Of a stretch of DNA of 32,000 bases, positions 20,115 to 29,454 are shown in pieces. The notes under the pieces are model-generated. The model searched no databases. It saw only the letters and a list, made by a program, of their open reading frames with translations, and was not told the DNA's origin. The stretch is from Caedibacter taeniospiralis (GTDB taxonomy: Bacteria > Pseudomonadota > Gammaproteobacteria > Francisellales > Francisellaceae). The position numbers and the translations under genes are program-made. Position 1 is the stretch's first letter. Each line of letters starts with the position of its first letter. The DNA lies in contig NZ_PGGB02000005.1 of the NCBI RefSeq assembly GCF_002803295.2, positions 59 to 32,058 on the forward strand. Direction: 5' to 3'.

Positions 20115-21095
20115 CTATTTATTGTTTTCAAAATATTCGTATATCAATCTGTGATAATTTATCAAACGCTGCTTATTGACCTTGCCATCCTTGACGGCTT
20201 GATTGATTGCGCAACCCTTGGTATTTTCTGAGTGGTCACAATTTCTAAATCTACATTCGTTATCAAGTTCAGAAAATTCCTGGAAGCCTGAAAAAATCTC
20301 GGCTTTATCTAAGTGCCAGATACCAAACTCACGAATACCAGGGGAGTCGATAATATGCGTGTCTTTATCCAGGTGAAATAGTCTCGCACTTGTGGTGGTA
20401 TGTTTGCCGCGACTGTTTTGCTCAGAAACTTCACCTGTAAGCGTTACAACATGACCAAACAGTGAATTAAGTGTTTCTGATTTGCCAACACCCGATTGTC
20501 CAACAATAATCGAGGTTTTATGCTGCAATAGACCTTTCAGGTTTTGCAGGTTATCGTGGTTTAAGGCAGAACAGGTAATGACCTGATAACCAAGACGCTG
20601 GTACAGCTCAATGATGTTATGAAGTTGGCATTGATTATCGGATGTCAAAAACAAGTCCATTTTATTGAGAACGATGACAGGCTGAACTTGCATATGGTGC
20701 GCTGCTACTAAATAGCGATCTATATAATGCTCAATAGGTGTAGGATTTACCGCAAGCATAATAATGATCTGATCAATATTTGCTGCCATCGTCCTATCAT
20801 CAGCCCTAAGCTTACTAGGGCGAACAAGCGCATTGATGCGTGGCAGGATTTGACAAATAATGCCATATTCACTGTTGTCCTGGGGTAAGTACAGTACTTT
20901 ATCGCCAGCAACGATGGCTCCTAGATTTTGACGATACTGACAAAAAACGGTCTTGCTATCATAAGTTTCCAGTTCAATGAGTTTCCCGCGATGTGAGATG
21001 ACAAGCCCTGTTGTGGCGGATGAAAAATCATCGTGCAATGATTTATGTGCTTTGATGTTGCGAAGCTGCTGTTTACTTAGGTTACGTTTTGCCAA
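20115..21095 (-). CDS. rsgA: ribosome small-subunit-dependent GTPase A
   Basis: MAKRNLSKQQLRN... aligns with E. coli RsgA MSKNKLSKGQQRR.... It has the circularly permuted GTPase motifs (NKMDL, GQSGVGKSETLNSL) and the zinc-finger region CRFRNCDHSENTKGC. It starts with TTG. Confidence 0.92.
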   Translation of the reverse strand: MAKRNLSKQQLRNIKAHKSLHDDFSSATTGLVISHRGKLIELETYDSKTVFCQYRQNLGAIVAGDKVLYLPQDNSEYGIICQILPRINALVRPSKLRADDRTMAANIDQIIIMLAVNPTPIEHYIDRYLVAAHHMQVQPVIVLNKMDLFLTSDNQCQLHNIIELYQRLGYQVITCSALNHDNLQNLKGLLQHKTSIIVGQSGVGKSETLNSLFGHVVTLTGEVSEQNSRGKHTTTSARLFHLDKDTHIIDSPGIREFGIWHLDKAEIFSGFQEFSELDNECRFRNCDHSENTKGCAINQAVKDGKVNKQRLINYHRLIYEYFENNK

Positions 21096-21130
21096 AGGTG
21101 AGTTTGTATCTTGATAGAGGGTTGCGCTAG

Positions 21131-21157
21131 ATTATAACTTGTCATGTGAAAGGTAAA
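21131..21157 (-). promoter_or_regulatory. candidate sigma70 promoter for rsgA
   Basis: On the minus strand there is TTTACC (-35), a 15-nt spacer and TATAAT (-10, plus-strand ATTATA at 21131-21136), about 35 nt upstream of the rsgA TTG. This is a motif match only and the spacer is short. Confidence 0.3.
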
Positions 21158-21176
21158 CACAAGATTATGCTGGATG

Positions 21177-21917
21177 TTACGCCATATACATTCCGCCATT
21201 GACGTGTATTGTCTGACCTGTGATGTAACGCGCACCCTCTGATGCTAAGAAGGTTACTGCTGCTGCGACATCCTCTGGTTGCCCTAAACTCTGTGCGGGC
21301 ACTTGATTGATGATCGCTTGTTTTTGCTCATCGGTTAATTTATCGGTCATGTCTGTTTGAATAAACCCTGGGGCAACAACGTTGACGGTGATATTGCGGG
21401 AGGCAATTTCTTGCGCAAGAGACTTAGAAAAGCCGATGACACCTGCTTTACTGGCACAATAATTCGCTTGCCCTGGATTGCCCGATGTGCCAACTACCGA
21501 GCCAATGGTGATAATGCGACCCCAGCGTTTTTTCATCATGTGGCGAATTGCCAATTTAGAGAGGTTAAATACAGAGTCCAGGTTGGTGTGGATTACATCA
21601 AGCCAATCCTGTTCGCTTAGACGCATCATCAAGTTATCTTTAGTGATTCCTGCATTATTGATGAGAATATCAGGATGTCCTGTATTATCTTTCATCCAGG
21701 TAAAAACCGACTCAATGTCAGAAATTTCAGTTACATTAAGCTTAATACCATAGCCTTTGCCATATTGCTTTAAGGTGTTGGTAATATTCTTGGCACCAGA
21801 TTCTGATGTGGCTGTGCCAATGACAGTGGCGCCTTTTTGGGCGAAATCTTTGGCGATTGCCGCACCAATACCGCGGCTTGCTCCAGTTACAAAAACAACC
21901 TTATTTTCAAAACTCAT
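21177..21917 (-). CDS. fabG: 3-oxoacyl-[ACP] reductase
   Basis: MSFENKVVFVTGASRGIGAAIAKDFAQKGATVIGTATSESGA matches E. coli FabG MNFEGKIALVTGASRGIGRAIAETLAARGAKVIGTATSENGA. It has the SDR catalytic YxxxK (YCASKAG). It lies downstream of fabD. Confidence 0.93.
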   Translation of the reverse strand: MSFENKVVFVTGASRGIGAAIAKDFAQKGATVIGTATSESGAKNITNTLKQYGKGYGIKLNVTEISDIESVFTWMKDNTGHPDILINNAGITKDNLMMRLSEQDWLDVIHTNLDSVFNLSKLAIRHMMKKRWGRIITIGSVVGTSGNPGQANYCASKAGVIGFSKSLAQEIASRNITVNVVAPGFIQTDMTDKLTDEQKQAIINQVPAQSLGQPEDVAAAVTFLASEGARYITGQTIHVNGGMYMA

Positions 21918-21933
21918 TTTTTATCCTTAGTTG

Positions 21934-22100
21934 CTATACTGCGTGCGATCATAATCTGCGGGAATATGTTGAAGCATTTTGTTGCAGATTTGGTGTATTG
22001 ATTTGCAGGCAATAGCATGCCCTATTATCAAAAAGCGATACACCAAAGGTGCTCAAAAGGCAAAAACAAAAACCTCGGATTATGATCGGGCACAGTATAT
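21934..22100. repeat. MITE-like imperfect palindrome filling the fabD-fabG spacer
   Basis: The terminal inverted repeats 21934-21961 (cTATACTGCGTGCGATCATAATCTGCGG) and 22073-22100 (reverse complement ATATACTGTGCCCGATCATAATCCGAGG) match at 22/27 positions. There is also an internal perfect 10-bp pairing, TTTGGTGTAT (21989-21998) with ATACACCAAA (22038-22047), and weaker pairing in between. Confidence 0.7.
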
Positions 22101-22101
22101 A

Positions 22102-23037
22102 TTATGCTTTGACTTGTTCAATTAATTTATCAAATGATTCAACCGTCGCGGTATCTTGATAGTTAAGCTCTTTCACAATGCGTTTATTCAAGCCCGTTAA
22201 TACTTTGTTAGCACCACACTCAATGACTTCCTGGATTCCTGATTCAGCCATTTTTTCAATCGTTTGCGTCCATTTAACGGGGGAGTAAAGCTGCTTGGTT
22301 AAAGGATCTTTGATGCCAATAGCATCAGTGTGTATAGCAACATCACAATTATGAATAACGCTAAGGCTTGGAGATTTAATCGTGATTTTATCTAATGCGC
22401 TGGCAAACTTTTCAGCAGCATCTTTCATGAGTGAGCAATGCGATGGCACGCTAACAGGGAGTAATTGTGCGCGCTTTGCTCCCATTGCTTTGGCAATCTC
22501 ATTGGCTTTTTCAACGGCTTTTAGCTCACCTGAAATGACGACTTGACCATGGGAATTAAAATTAGCTGGTTCAACAATACCTATCCATTTTGCTGCATTG
22601 CAGCATTCGATTACCTCTTCATTTGTCAGTGCCAAAATAGCACTCATGGCACAGTCTTTATCGGTAACAGCCGATTGCATAAGCTGACCTCTCAGTTTGA
22701 CTAATCTTAGTGCATCGTCAAAGCGAATGCTCTCTGCCGCACACAACGCAGAATATTCACCCAGGCTGTGTCCTGCTAATATATCAGGGTTAATGTTGCT
22801 ATAAGCACGTAGTACACGCCAGATAGCGATACTTGCAGCTAAAAGTGCGGGTTGTGTATATTCTGTCTGGTTCAGCTTATCTTCATCGTGCTGGATAATA
22901 TGCCATAGATCAAAATCAAGTGCATCATTGGCTTCATCAAAGGTTTCTTTCACTTCACTAAAACGAGCGTAATAATCGCTCAACATACCCAGTTTTTGTG
23001 AACCTTGACCTGGGAAAACAATGGCAGTCTTTATCAT
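22102..23037 (-). CDS. fabD: malonyl-CoA-ACP transacylase
   Basis: It has the FPGQGSQKLGM and GHSLGEYSAL active-site motifs and is 311 aa. AGGAG precedes the ATG on the minus strand. Confidence 0.95.
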   Translation of the reverse strand: MIKTAIVFPGQGSQKLGMLSDYYARFSEVKETFDEANDALDFDLWHIIQHDEDKLNQTEYTQPALLAASIAIWRVLRAYSNINPDILAGHSLGEYSALCAAESIRFDDALRLVKLRGQLMQSAVTDKDCAMSAILALTNEEVIECCNAAKWIGIVEPANFNSHGQVVISGELKAVEKANEIAKAMGAKRAQLLPVSVPSHCSLMKDAAEKFASALDKITIKSPSLSVIHNCDVAIHTDAIGIKDPLTKQLYSPVKWTQTIEKMAESGIQEVIECGANKVLTGLNKRIVKELNYQDTATVESFDKLIEQVKA

Positions 23038-23176
23038 TTAAGCTACTCCTAAAATGAGGTTGTTACGCTAAAAATGGGATCATCCTAGTGAATTTTATGC
23101 CAATCTTCAAAAGGTTTATTCTGGATTGCTTAAAATTCTTGTGCACTTTAGTTACGGGAGTTACACCACATTCGCA

Positions 23177-23737
23177 CTAAAGCGACACCTCATTTCTCTG
23201 AGGATTGTTGTAACTTGTTTCACTAATGCTTTGGATTTGCATAATAATGTTGTTGGCTACCTGTGATTGCAGGTTGTTATAAATCAGCTGCTGCTGGCTG
23301 TTGTTGCTTAGCTGCTGGGTTGCATTGGTTGTGTAGGCTTGCTGCTCGGAGTTACTTTGATCTTTTAGAATGACTTGATTTTTGTTGTTCAAAATATCAT
23401 AGCCGACGTTGTAGCTTAAAATATAATCATTCGAGGATGCGCCCCCTGTGATGCCCACAAGACGGCGACTTTGTGTGGCAGATTTGATGTGTATAATGAT
23501 ATCCGCATTTTGAGAAGAGTCTACCAACTTGGCGCCCGTTGAGGTAATGATCGAGTTTAAGAGGTTGATAAAGCCAAACTCACTGCCTGAGTAACTGACA
23601 TAAATTTTTTGCATAAACTTAGGCATGCCCTCATTCCAGCCACGCAAATGAAAGCCGCAGCCATAAAGTATGCCAGTAAAGAGCAGAATAAATAAAAGCT
23701 GAAGATTAAAACGCTTGGTAAGAGATAATATATTCAT
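23177..23737 (-). CDS. lptE: LPS-assembly lipoprotein LptE (RlpB)
   Basis: This 186-aa ORF has a lipobox followed by the LptE signature ...GILYGC-GFHLRG (E. coli ...ITAGC-GWHLRD). It lies immediately downstream of leuS (6-nt gap), as in E. coli leuS-lptE. Confidence 0.8.
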   Translation of the reverse strand: MNILSLTKRFNLQLLFILLFTGILYGCGFHLRGWNEGMPKFMQKIYVSYSGSEFGFINLLNSIITSTGAKLVDSSQNADIIIHIKSATQSRRLVGITGGASSNDYILSYNVGYDILNNKNQVILKDQSNSEQQAYTTNATQQLSNNSQQQLIYNNLQSQVANNIIMQIQSISETSYNNPQRNEVSL

Positions 23738-23743
23738 GTCAGT

Positions 23744-26188
23744 TTAGGCTCCAATGACGATATTCATTAATTTTTTAGGGACATAAATCGCTTGTTTAAC
23801 GGTCTTGCCTGCTAGACATTTGCTAACGATTTCATGTGCGATCACCCTATCCTCAATTTCTTTTGGACTAAGCTTGCTTGAGATGTCAAGCTTGGCACGA
23901 AGTTTGCCATTGACTTGAACAATAAGGGTAAAACTGTCACTCACAAGCGCTTTTTCATCAATAAGCGGGAAGTTTGTCTTTAAGATATTCTCCCCAAAGC
24001 GAAGGCGTTCCCACAGAAACTGAGTAATATGGGGGGTAAAAGGTGCTAATAATCGTAGCAAAATGCTTATCCCCTCAGTAATTACGGCACTGTTGTGTGC
24101 ACTTTGCAAGCTGTTAAAAATCTTCATGCACGCTGATACCACGGTATTAAACTGCATTTTATCGAAATCAAATAATGCCTGTTTCAGAACACTATGGATC
24201 TCAAGGCGCACCACTTTATCTTCAGCACTTAAGACTTCGATGTCGATAAGCTCATTGGGTTTGATTTGAGCCTGGTGAAGATGTACATAGCTCCATATTT
24301 TTTTCAAAAATCGGTGGGCGCCTTCAACGCCTGAATCAGACCATTCCAGTGACTGCTCAGGAGGGGCGGCGAACATGCTAAATAAACGCACCGTATCGGC
24401 GCCATATTGTTCAATAAGCGCTTGCGGGTCAACGGTATTACCTTTGGATTTTGACATTTTGGCACCGTCTTTTAATACCATGCCCTGAGTAAGTAGATTG
24501 GTAAATGGTTCGTCACTTTCAACAAGTCCAGCATCACGCATTAGTTTATGGAAAAAACGTGCGTATAAAAGGTGCATAATTGCATGCTCAATCCCACCGA
24601 TATATTGGTCCACTGGCAGCCAGTAATTCGCTTCATCATCAAGCATTTTATCCGTACTTGGGCAAGTGTAACGTGCGTAGTACCAGGATGACTCCATAAA
24701 AGTATCAAAGGTATCCGTTTCACGTGTGGCTTTATCGCCGCAGTGCGGACAGGTTGTTTCATAGAACTCTGGCATAAGCTTTAAAGGGGAAGTTGTACCG
24801 TTCAAAGTGACCTGCTTAGGCAGTCTGACGGGAAGGTTTTCCTGTTTTTCATGGACGATTCCGCAATGTTCGCAATGGATCATTGGAATCGGGCAGCCCC
24901 AATAGCGTTGGCGTGACACCCCCCAATCCCGAATCCTAAAGTTCGTGGTGATTTCACCTTTGTTATGTGCTATCAGAAACTCACTGATCTTATCAAAAGC
25001 CTGATCAAAGTTAAGACCGTTAAACTCGCCAGAATGAATCAATACGCCTTTTTCGGTAATTGCTCCCTGGTTTAAATCAGTATTACCTTCAGTGGTTTGA
25101 ATGACTTGCTTTAAAGGGATGTCGTATTTATGGGCAAATTCCCAATCACGCTGATCATGTGCTGGCACAGACATAACAGCCCCCGTGCCATAGCTCATCA
25201 GTACAAAATTCGCGATCCATACTTCAACTTCATTCCCAGTAATGGGGTGTATTGCATAAAATGGTGTTTTGATCCCGAGTTTTTCCTGAGTGGCAAGATC
25301 GGCTTCCATGGTCGAAGTCTGTTGGCATTTTTTAATGAATTCAGCAATCTTAGTATTATCTTTAGCCGCTGCCAATGCCAGTGGATGCTCAGCTGCAATG
25401 GCTAAATAGGTAACCCCCATTAGGGTGTCTGGGCGTGTGGTAAATACATCAAGCTTTGTGGCATTGGCAGTAAATGAAACCGTGACACCTTTGGATTTGC
25501 CAATCCAGTTGGTTTGCATGATTTTAACTGCTTCGGGCCAGCCTTGAAGTTTATTAAGATCCTGCAGTAGTTCATTCGCATAATCGGTGATTTTAATAAA
25601 CCATTGTGGGATTTCCTTTTTCTCAACCAAAGCGCCTGAACGCCAGCCACGCCCATCGATCACCTGTTCGTTAGCAAGCACCGTTTGATCCACAGGATCC
25701 CAATTGACCACCGAGTTTTTGCGATAGACGAGTCCTTTGTTATAAAGTTCGATAAAAAACCACTGCTCCCATTTATAGTAGCTATCGTCACACGTCGCAA
25801 TCTCACGATCCCAATCATAGGCAAATCCTAAGGACTGTAGTTGTTTTTTCATATAGGCAATATTGCTATAGGTCCAATCCGCTGGTGCTTTCTGGTGTTT
25901 GATTGCCGCATTTTCAGCGGGTAATCCAAAGGCGTCCCAGCCCATGGGTTGTAACACATTTTTACCCAGCATGCGCTGATAGCGACTGACCACATCACCT
26001 AAGGTGTAGTTGCGTACATGCCCCATATGTAATGTGCCACTGGGATAAGGCAGCATTGACAGGCTGTAAAATTTCTCTTTTGAATCATCTTTGATGGCTT
26101 TAAAGGATTGATTTTCTTGCCAAAAGCGTTGAATTTGTTTCTCTAGTTGAGTGAAGTCATAGGTTTGCTGCATTGTTTTATCCAACAT
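23744..26188 (-). CDS. leuS: leucine--tRNA ligase
   Basis: This 814-aa ORF has HMGHVRNY (HIGH) and KMSKSKGN (KMSKS), an editing domain, and zinc-binding cysteines. The start could instead be the second ATG, MQQTYDF... at 26173, which aligns with the E. coli N-terminus MQEQYRP. Confidence 0.98.
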   Translation of the reverse strand: MLDKTMQQTYDFTQLEKQIQRFWQENQSFKAIKDDSKEKFYSLSMLPYPSGTLHMGHVRNYTLGDVVSRYQRMLGKNVLQPMGWDAFGLPAENAAIKHQKAPADWTYSNIAYMKKQLQSLGFAYDWDREIATCDDSYYKWEQWFFIELYNKGLVYRKNSVVNWDPVDQTVLANEQVIDGRGWRSGALVEKKEIPQWFIKITDYANELLQDLNKLQGWPEAVKIMQTNWIGKSKGVTVSFTANATKLDVFTTRPDTLMGVTYLAIAAEHPLALAAAKDNTKIAEFIKKCQQTSTMEADLATQEKLGIKTPFYAIHPITGNEVEVWIANFVLMSYGTGAVMSVPAHDQRDWEFAHKYDIPLKQVIQTTEGNTDLNQGAITEKGVLIHSGEFNGLNFDQAFDKISEFLIAHNKGEITTNFRIRDWGVSRQRYWGCPIPMIHCEHCGIVHEKQENLPVRLPKQVTLNGTTSPLKLMPEFYETTCPHCGDKATRETDTFDTFMESSWYYARYTCPSTDKMLDDEANYWLPVDQYIGGIEHAIMHLLYARFFHKLMRDAGLVESDEPFTNLLTQGMVLKDGAKMSKSKGNTVDPQALIEQYGADTVRLFSMFAAPPEQSLEWSDSGVEGAHRFLKKIWSYVHLHQAQIKPNELIDIEVLSAEDKVVRLEIHSVLKQALFDFDKMQFNTVVSACMKIFNSLQSAHNSAVITEGISILLRLLAPFTPHITQFLWERLRFGENILKTNFPLIDEKALVSDSFTLIVQVNGKLRAKLDISSKLSPKEIEDRVIAHEIVSKCLAGKTVKQAIYVPKKLMNIVIGA

Positions 26189-26469
26189 GTTAAGTTTCAG
26201 GACGCGGGTAAAAGTATTAATTTGGAGAGTATGTTAGCGAAATTTTTAAGCAACGACTAGGGGCAACAGGATTTATGTTGTAAGGTAAACAGTTAAGTCT
26301 AATCATCGTCGAATTGCTCAATAGCAGGGATTGATTTATGGAAGTTTGAAGCTTAAAGTTATACTGCAGCTACAGTCAATAAGCATGGTCATCGTGATCA
26401 AATTTGAAGGACCTACTGATCCTGTGGCTGATGATGAATGGTATGGCGTAACGTAAATCTTAAGGAAAT

Positions 26470-27222
26470 GTGATGAAGGGAAAATATTTACCAATGATAA
26501 CAGTTGTATTGGCAATGAGCGGTTTAGCGTTGTTGCATGCGGCTGAAGATTTAAATCAAAACGCATTAAAGTTGGCTAATGATCAAACTATTGGCGATGG
26601 GCAGATGGCGCAAAGTTCCAACTCTCCCGTGGGGTACTGGTTGCAATATAGCGATGATGGCAAACAAGCGCAGTCAATTCTGGAAGTTTATGCAGGCAAA
26701 GATGGTAGGCTTGAAGGCAGGATCGTCGTGCCTTTTGTTAATATGACAGATGATAAAAAACAAGTACCTGATGTATCGTGTAAAAAGTGTGGCAAGGGTG
26801 ATGAAAACGGTTATACATTTGATTATTCCAGTTATCCTGATAATCAGGTGCAAGGCTTAAAAATGATGTGGAGTTTTACTCAAGACGGTAAGAGGGATGG
26901 ATCTGATGGTGCATTATATGGGAATGGCTCAATCCTCGATCCATCGAGTGGCAAGGTCTATAGCTGTAAGATCCAGACTCAGGAAAATGGCAAGAAGCTA
27001 TATGTGCGTGGCTATATTGGTTTTTCACTGTTTGGGCGCACACAGTACTGGTATCGCATCGATCAACAGGAGGCATTACGCTGTGTCAAAGCTTGTGGAA
27101 TCACAACTGAAGGACATTATGCTTATGCCGATAAAACGGGAAAAATCATTAATGAAAAACTGTGGCAACAATGCTCGAGCATTACTATAACGGCAGGTAG
27201 CCTGTGTGATTTTGAAGCATAG
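26470..27222 (+). CDS. secreted DUF2147-family protein with a Cys-containing C-terminal extension
   Basis: It has a signal peptide (…ALLHAAED). The DUF2147-like pattern is GYWLQYSDDGKQAQSILEVY...GRLEGRIV...CKKCGKGD...ILDPSSGKVYSCKIQ...KLYVRGYIGFSLFGRTQYWYR. An extra tail of about 55 aa carries 4 Cys. The start is GTG 26470 or ATG 26473, after AAGGA. Confidence 0.7.
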   Translation: MMKGKYLPMITVVLAMSGLALLHAAEDLNQNALKLANDQTIGDGQMAQSSNSPVGYWLQYSDDGKQAQSILEVYAGKDGRLEGRIVVPFVNMTDDKKQVPDVSCKKCGKGDENGYTFDYSSYPDNQVQGLKMMWSFTQDGKRDGSDGALYGNGSILDPSSGKVYSCKIQTQENGKKLYVRGYIGFSLFGRTQYWYRIDQQEALRCVKACGITTEGHYAYADKTGKIINEKLWQQCSSITITAGSLCDFEA

Positions 27223-27278
27223 ACATATGTTTTAAATTCCATATATTGCACTTGTGATACAATTTTGAAGAATAAACT

Positions 27279-27306
27279 TTGAAAAGCCTTTGTTTTTGAA
27301 TAGAAT
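27279..27306 (+). promoter_or_regulatory. candidate sigma70 promoter for the lpoB-like lipoprotein gene cluster
   Basis: TTGAAA (27279-27284) is followed by a 16-nt spacer and TAGAAT (27301-27306), about 44 nt upstream of ATG 27350. This is a motif match only. Confidence 0.4.
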
Positions 27307-27349
27307 CGCTTTTGAGTTTTAGATCTTAAGAAACCACGGAGTGAACCCT

Positions 27350-27970
27350 ATGAAAAAGACGTTAAAACGTAAATCAGCCTGCGTATTACCCGCATTATTA
27401 TCGCTTGGCTTGTTAGCGGGCTGTGCAAGTTCTGGTAATGTAAGTTACGTTGACCCGCAAGGTGTCGATACCAATTCTATTAATTTCAGCTCAACCGACT
27501 TGCAGACAACCACGCAAAAAATGGTTGGTGGCATGTTAGCATCTCCTGCGATTGCACGCGTGAGCGCGGGTGACAAACAACCTGTTGTGTTCTTTAGCAC
27601 GATCAAAAACGAAACGGCTGAGCACATCAATACAGGCATGTTGGCTAATACGGTTTCAACAGAGATTATTAACAGTGGCAAGTTCCAGTTTACGGATATG
27701 TCACAGGTTAAAGAGATGAAAGCGCAGATGGACTATCAATCTGAGTCTGGGATGGTTGATCAGGTAACAGCGACAAAAATGGGGCAGCAGATTGGGGCGC
27801 AATATATGATTTATGGCAGCATTGCCGATATGCAATCCATGAATAAGGATCAACAATCCTTATTCTTCTTGATTACCTTAAAAATGATTGATTTAAAGAC
27901 AGGCATAATCATCTGGCAAGATCAACAGCAAATTCGCAAGGTACAAAAGCGCAGCTCTTTTGGCTGGTAG
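27350..27970 (+). CDS. LpoB/YcfM-like outer-membrane lipoprotein (COG3417-like)
   Basis: It has the lipobox LLAGC. The overall pattern resembles LpoB-family proteins: ...MVGGML....VVFFSTIKNETAEHINTGMLANTVSTEIINSGKFQF...MGQQIGAQYMIYGSI...LKMIDLKTGIIIW. ATG 27350 is preceded by GGAG (27337-27340). The family assignment is from memory of the pattern, not a search. Confidence 0.6.
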   Translation: MKKTLKRKSACVLPALLSLGLLAGCASSGNVSYVDPQGVDTNSINFSSTDLQTTTQKMVGGMLASPAIARVSAGDKQPVVFFSTIKNETAEHINTGMLANTVSTEIINSGKFQFTDMSQVKEMKAQMDYQSESGMVDQVTATKMGQQIGAQYMIYGSIADMQSMNKDQQSLFFLITLKMIDLKTGIIIWQDQQQIRKVQKRSSFGW

Positions 27971-28053
27971 TTTTGCATCTTTCTGTTTATCTAACTCCAA
28001 TTATCTAAAAGAGAAGTGATTAGCTTTACTCCAATTAACGGATTTAAAAGAAC

Positions 28054-29442
28054 ATGAAGCTACTATCAAAAAATAGTGTACTGTGGCTTTTAAGTGCGAG
28101 TGCATTAATGCTATCAGGTTGTGCTACTTTTTCGGCATCCTATCCCAGTAAAATGAAAGCCGTTAAGGCAGATGCTGAGGAGGGCAATTTGAGCGCCGCG
28201 CAAAAAGCATTTACTGAGGAGTTTGGAGATAAGCCAGATAATGATAATTTGTATTTGCTGGAGCAAGGGCGTTTAGCACAATTAAGTGGTGATGTGGCAG
28301 AGTCTAAAAAAGCCTATGAAGCGGTGATTCAAACCGTAGTAACAAGCCAAATGGCAGCGAAAGTGCAAGTATCGAAAATGCTTGAGAATATGGGCGCGGT
28401 ATTGACGAATGATCGCGAGCTGCCTTTCTCAACCCCTGATTATGCGATGACATTTTTATATCCTTATCAAGCTTTAAATTACTTATCTGAGAACGATTTA
28501 AGTGGCGCTTTGGTGGCGATTCGCCAGTTAAGTAATGCACAATACTGGACATATCAACAGAAGCTTATGGCGGGAGATTTGCAAAGCAAATATCAAAAGG
28601 ATACGAGTAAAGTCGGAATCGATGAAGGCAAATTTGGGCTTCAAAAATCCAAAGAAATAACGAAGATGTTTAGTGCGGTTAAAGATGCCAGTAATGCCTA
28701 TGAAAATGGTTTTGGCTATTATCTGGCGAGCATTTTGTATGAGGCTTTTGACGATAATTACAATAATGCTTTTGTGTCAATCAAAGATGCAAAGCGGTTA
28801 TTGCCAGATAACCCTCATGTGCTACGCACGTATCAGGAGATGGAGCGTGGCTTTAATGGTGGAAGTGCCTATGAAGATGGCAAAGGACGTCTGGTGGTGA
28901 TTTATGAACAAGGATCTGTCACCCCAAAAGTGGCGTTTAAGCTGCCGCTATTTTTAGGAAAACTTGGGTTACAAGAAGTGGCGGTGACCTATTATCCATC
29001 GCAGTATACTTTGTTGCCGCCAAAAGATTTATATGTAACTCAACATGACAAAATCATCGACAAAGGACAAACATCGCTATTGGTCAATACGACACAGATG
29101 GCGATGAAGTCTTTAACCGAAGAATATCCTGTGATTATTACCCGTGAAGTCATTCGTTTGGTGGTCAAAGCCTTGGCAACCTATGAAGCGACTGATCAGG
29201 CAGGTGGATGGGGGTTGTTGGCAGGTTCCATCTACAGCTTTATGACCGCGCAGGCAGATGAGCGTAGCTGGTTGCTATTGCCGAATAATATTCAGTTGTT
29301 TGAAAATCAATATAATGCGGGAAAATATAGCGTGGATATTGGACTTAAACAAACCCCTGTTGAAATACACAGTAATAAAACGACGTTGCTTTGGGTTGTC
29401 AATATGGGCAGTTTTAATAAAATTTATCAGTTTGCACTTTAA
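28054..29442 (+). CDS. large lipoprotein, COG3014-like (uncharacterised)
   Basis: This 462-aa ORF has the lipobox LMLSGC. Its helical, TPR-like N-terminal region includes LYLLEQGRLAQLSGDVAESKKAYEAV. Its size and its adjacency to an LpoB-like lipoprotein recall the Cj0089/Cj0091-type gene pairing. The function is unknown. Confidence 0.45.
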   Translation: MKLLSKNSVLWLLSASALMLSGCATFSASYPSKMKAVKADAEEGNLSAAQKAFTEEFGDKPDNDNLYLLEQGRLAQLSGDVAESKKAYEAVIQTVVTSQMAAKVQVSKMLENMGAVLTNDRELPFSTPDYAMTFLYPYQALNYLSENDLSGALVAIRQLSNAQYWTYQQKLMAGDLQSKYQKDTSKVGIDEGKFGLQKSKEITKMFSAVKDASNAYENGFGYYLASILYEAFDDNYNNAFVSIKDAKRLLPDNPHVLRTYQEMERGFNGGSAYEDGKGRLVVIYEQGSVTPKVAFKLPLFLGKLGLQEVAVTYYPSQYTLLPPKDLYVTQHDKIIDKGQTSLLVNTTQMAMKSLTEEYPVIITREVIRLVVKALATYEATDQAGGWGLLAGSIYSFMTAQADERSWLLLPNNIQLFENQYNAGKYSVDIGLKQTPVEIHSNKTTLLWVVNMGSFNKIYQFAL

Positions 29443-29454
29443 GACTATAGGGTA

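Noticed and set aside
26336-26566. A 76-aa minus-strand ORF spanning the leuS/DUF2147 divergent spacer, and a 23-codon + strand ORF (26385..26456) just upstream of the DUF2147 gene.
   Set aside because: The 76-aa ORF overlaps the signal-peptide coding region of the DUF2147 gene and has no SD. The 23-codon ORF has no SD or conservation evidence that I can assess. Neither is supportable from sequence alone.
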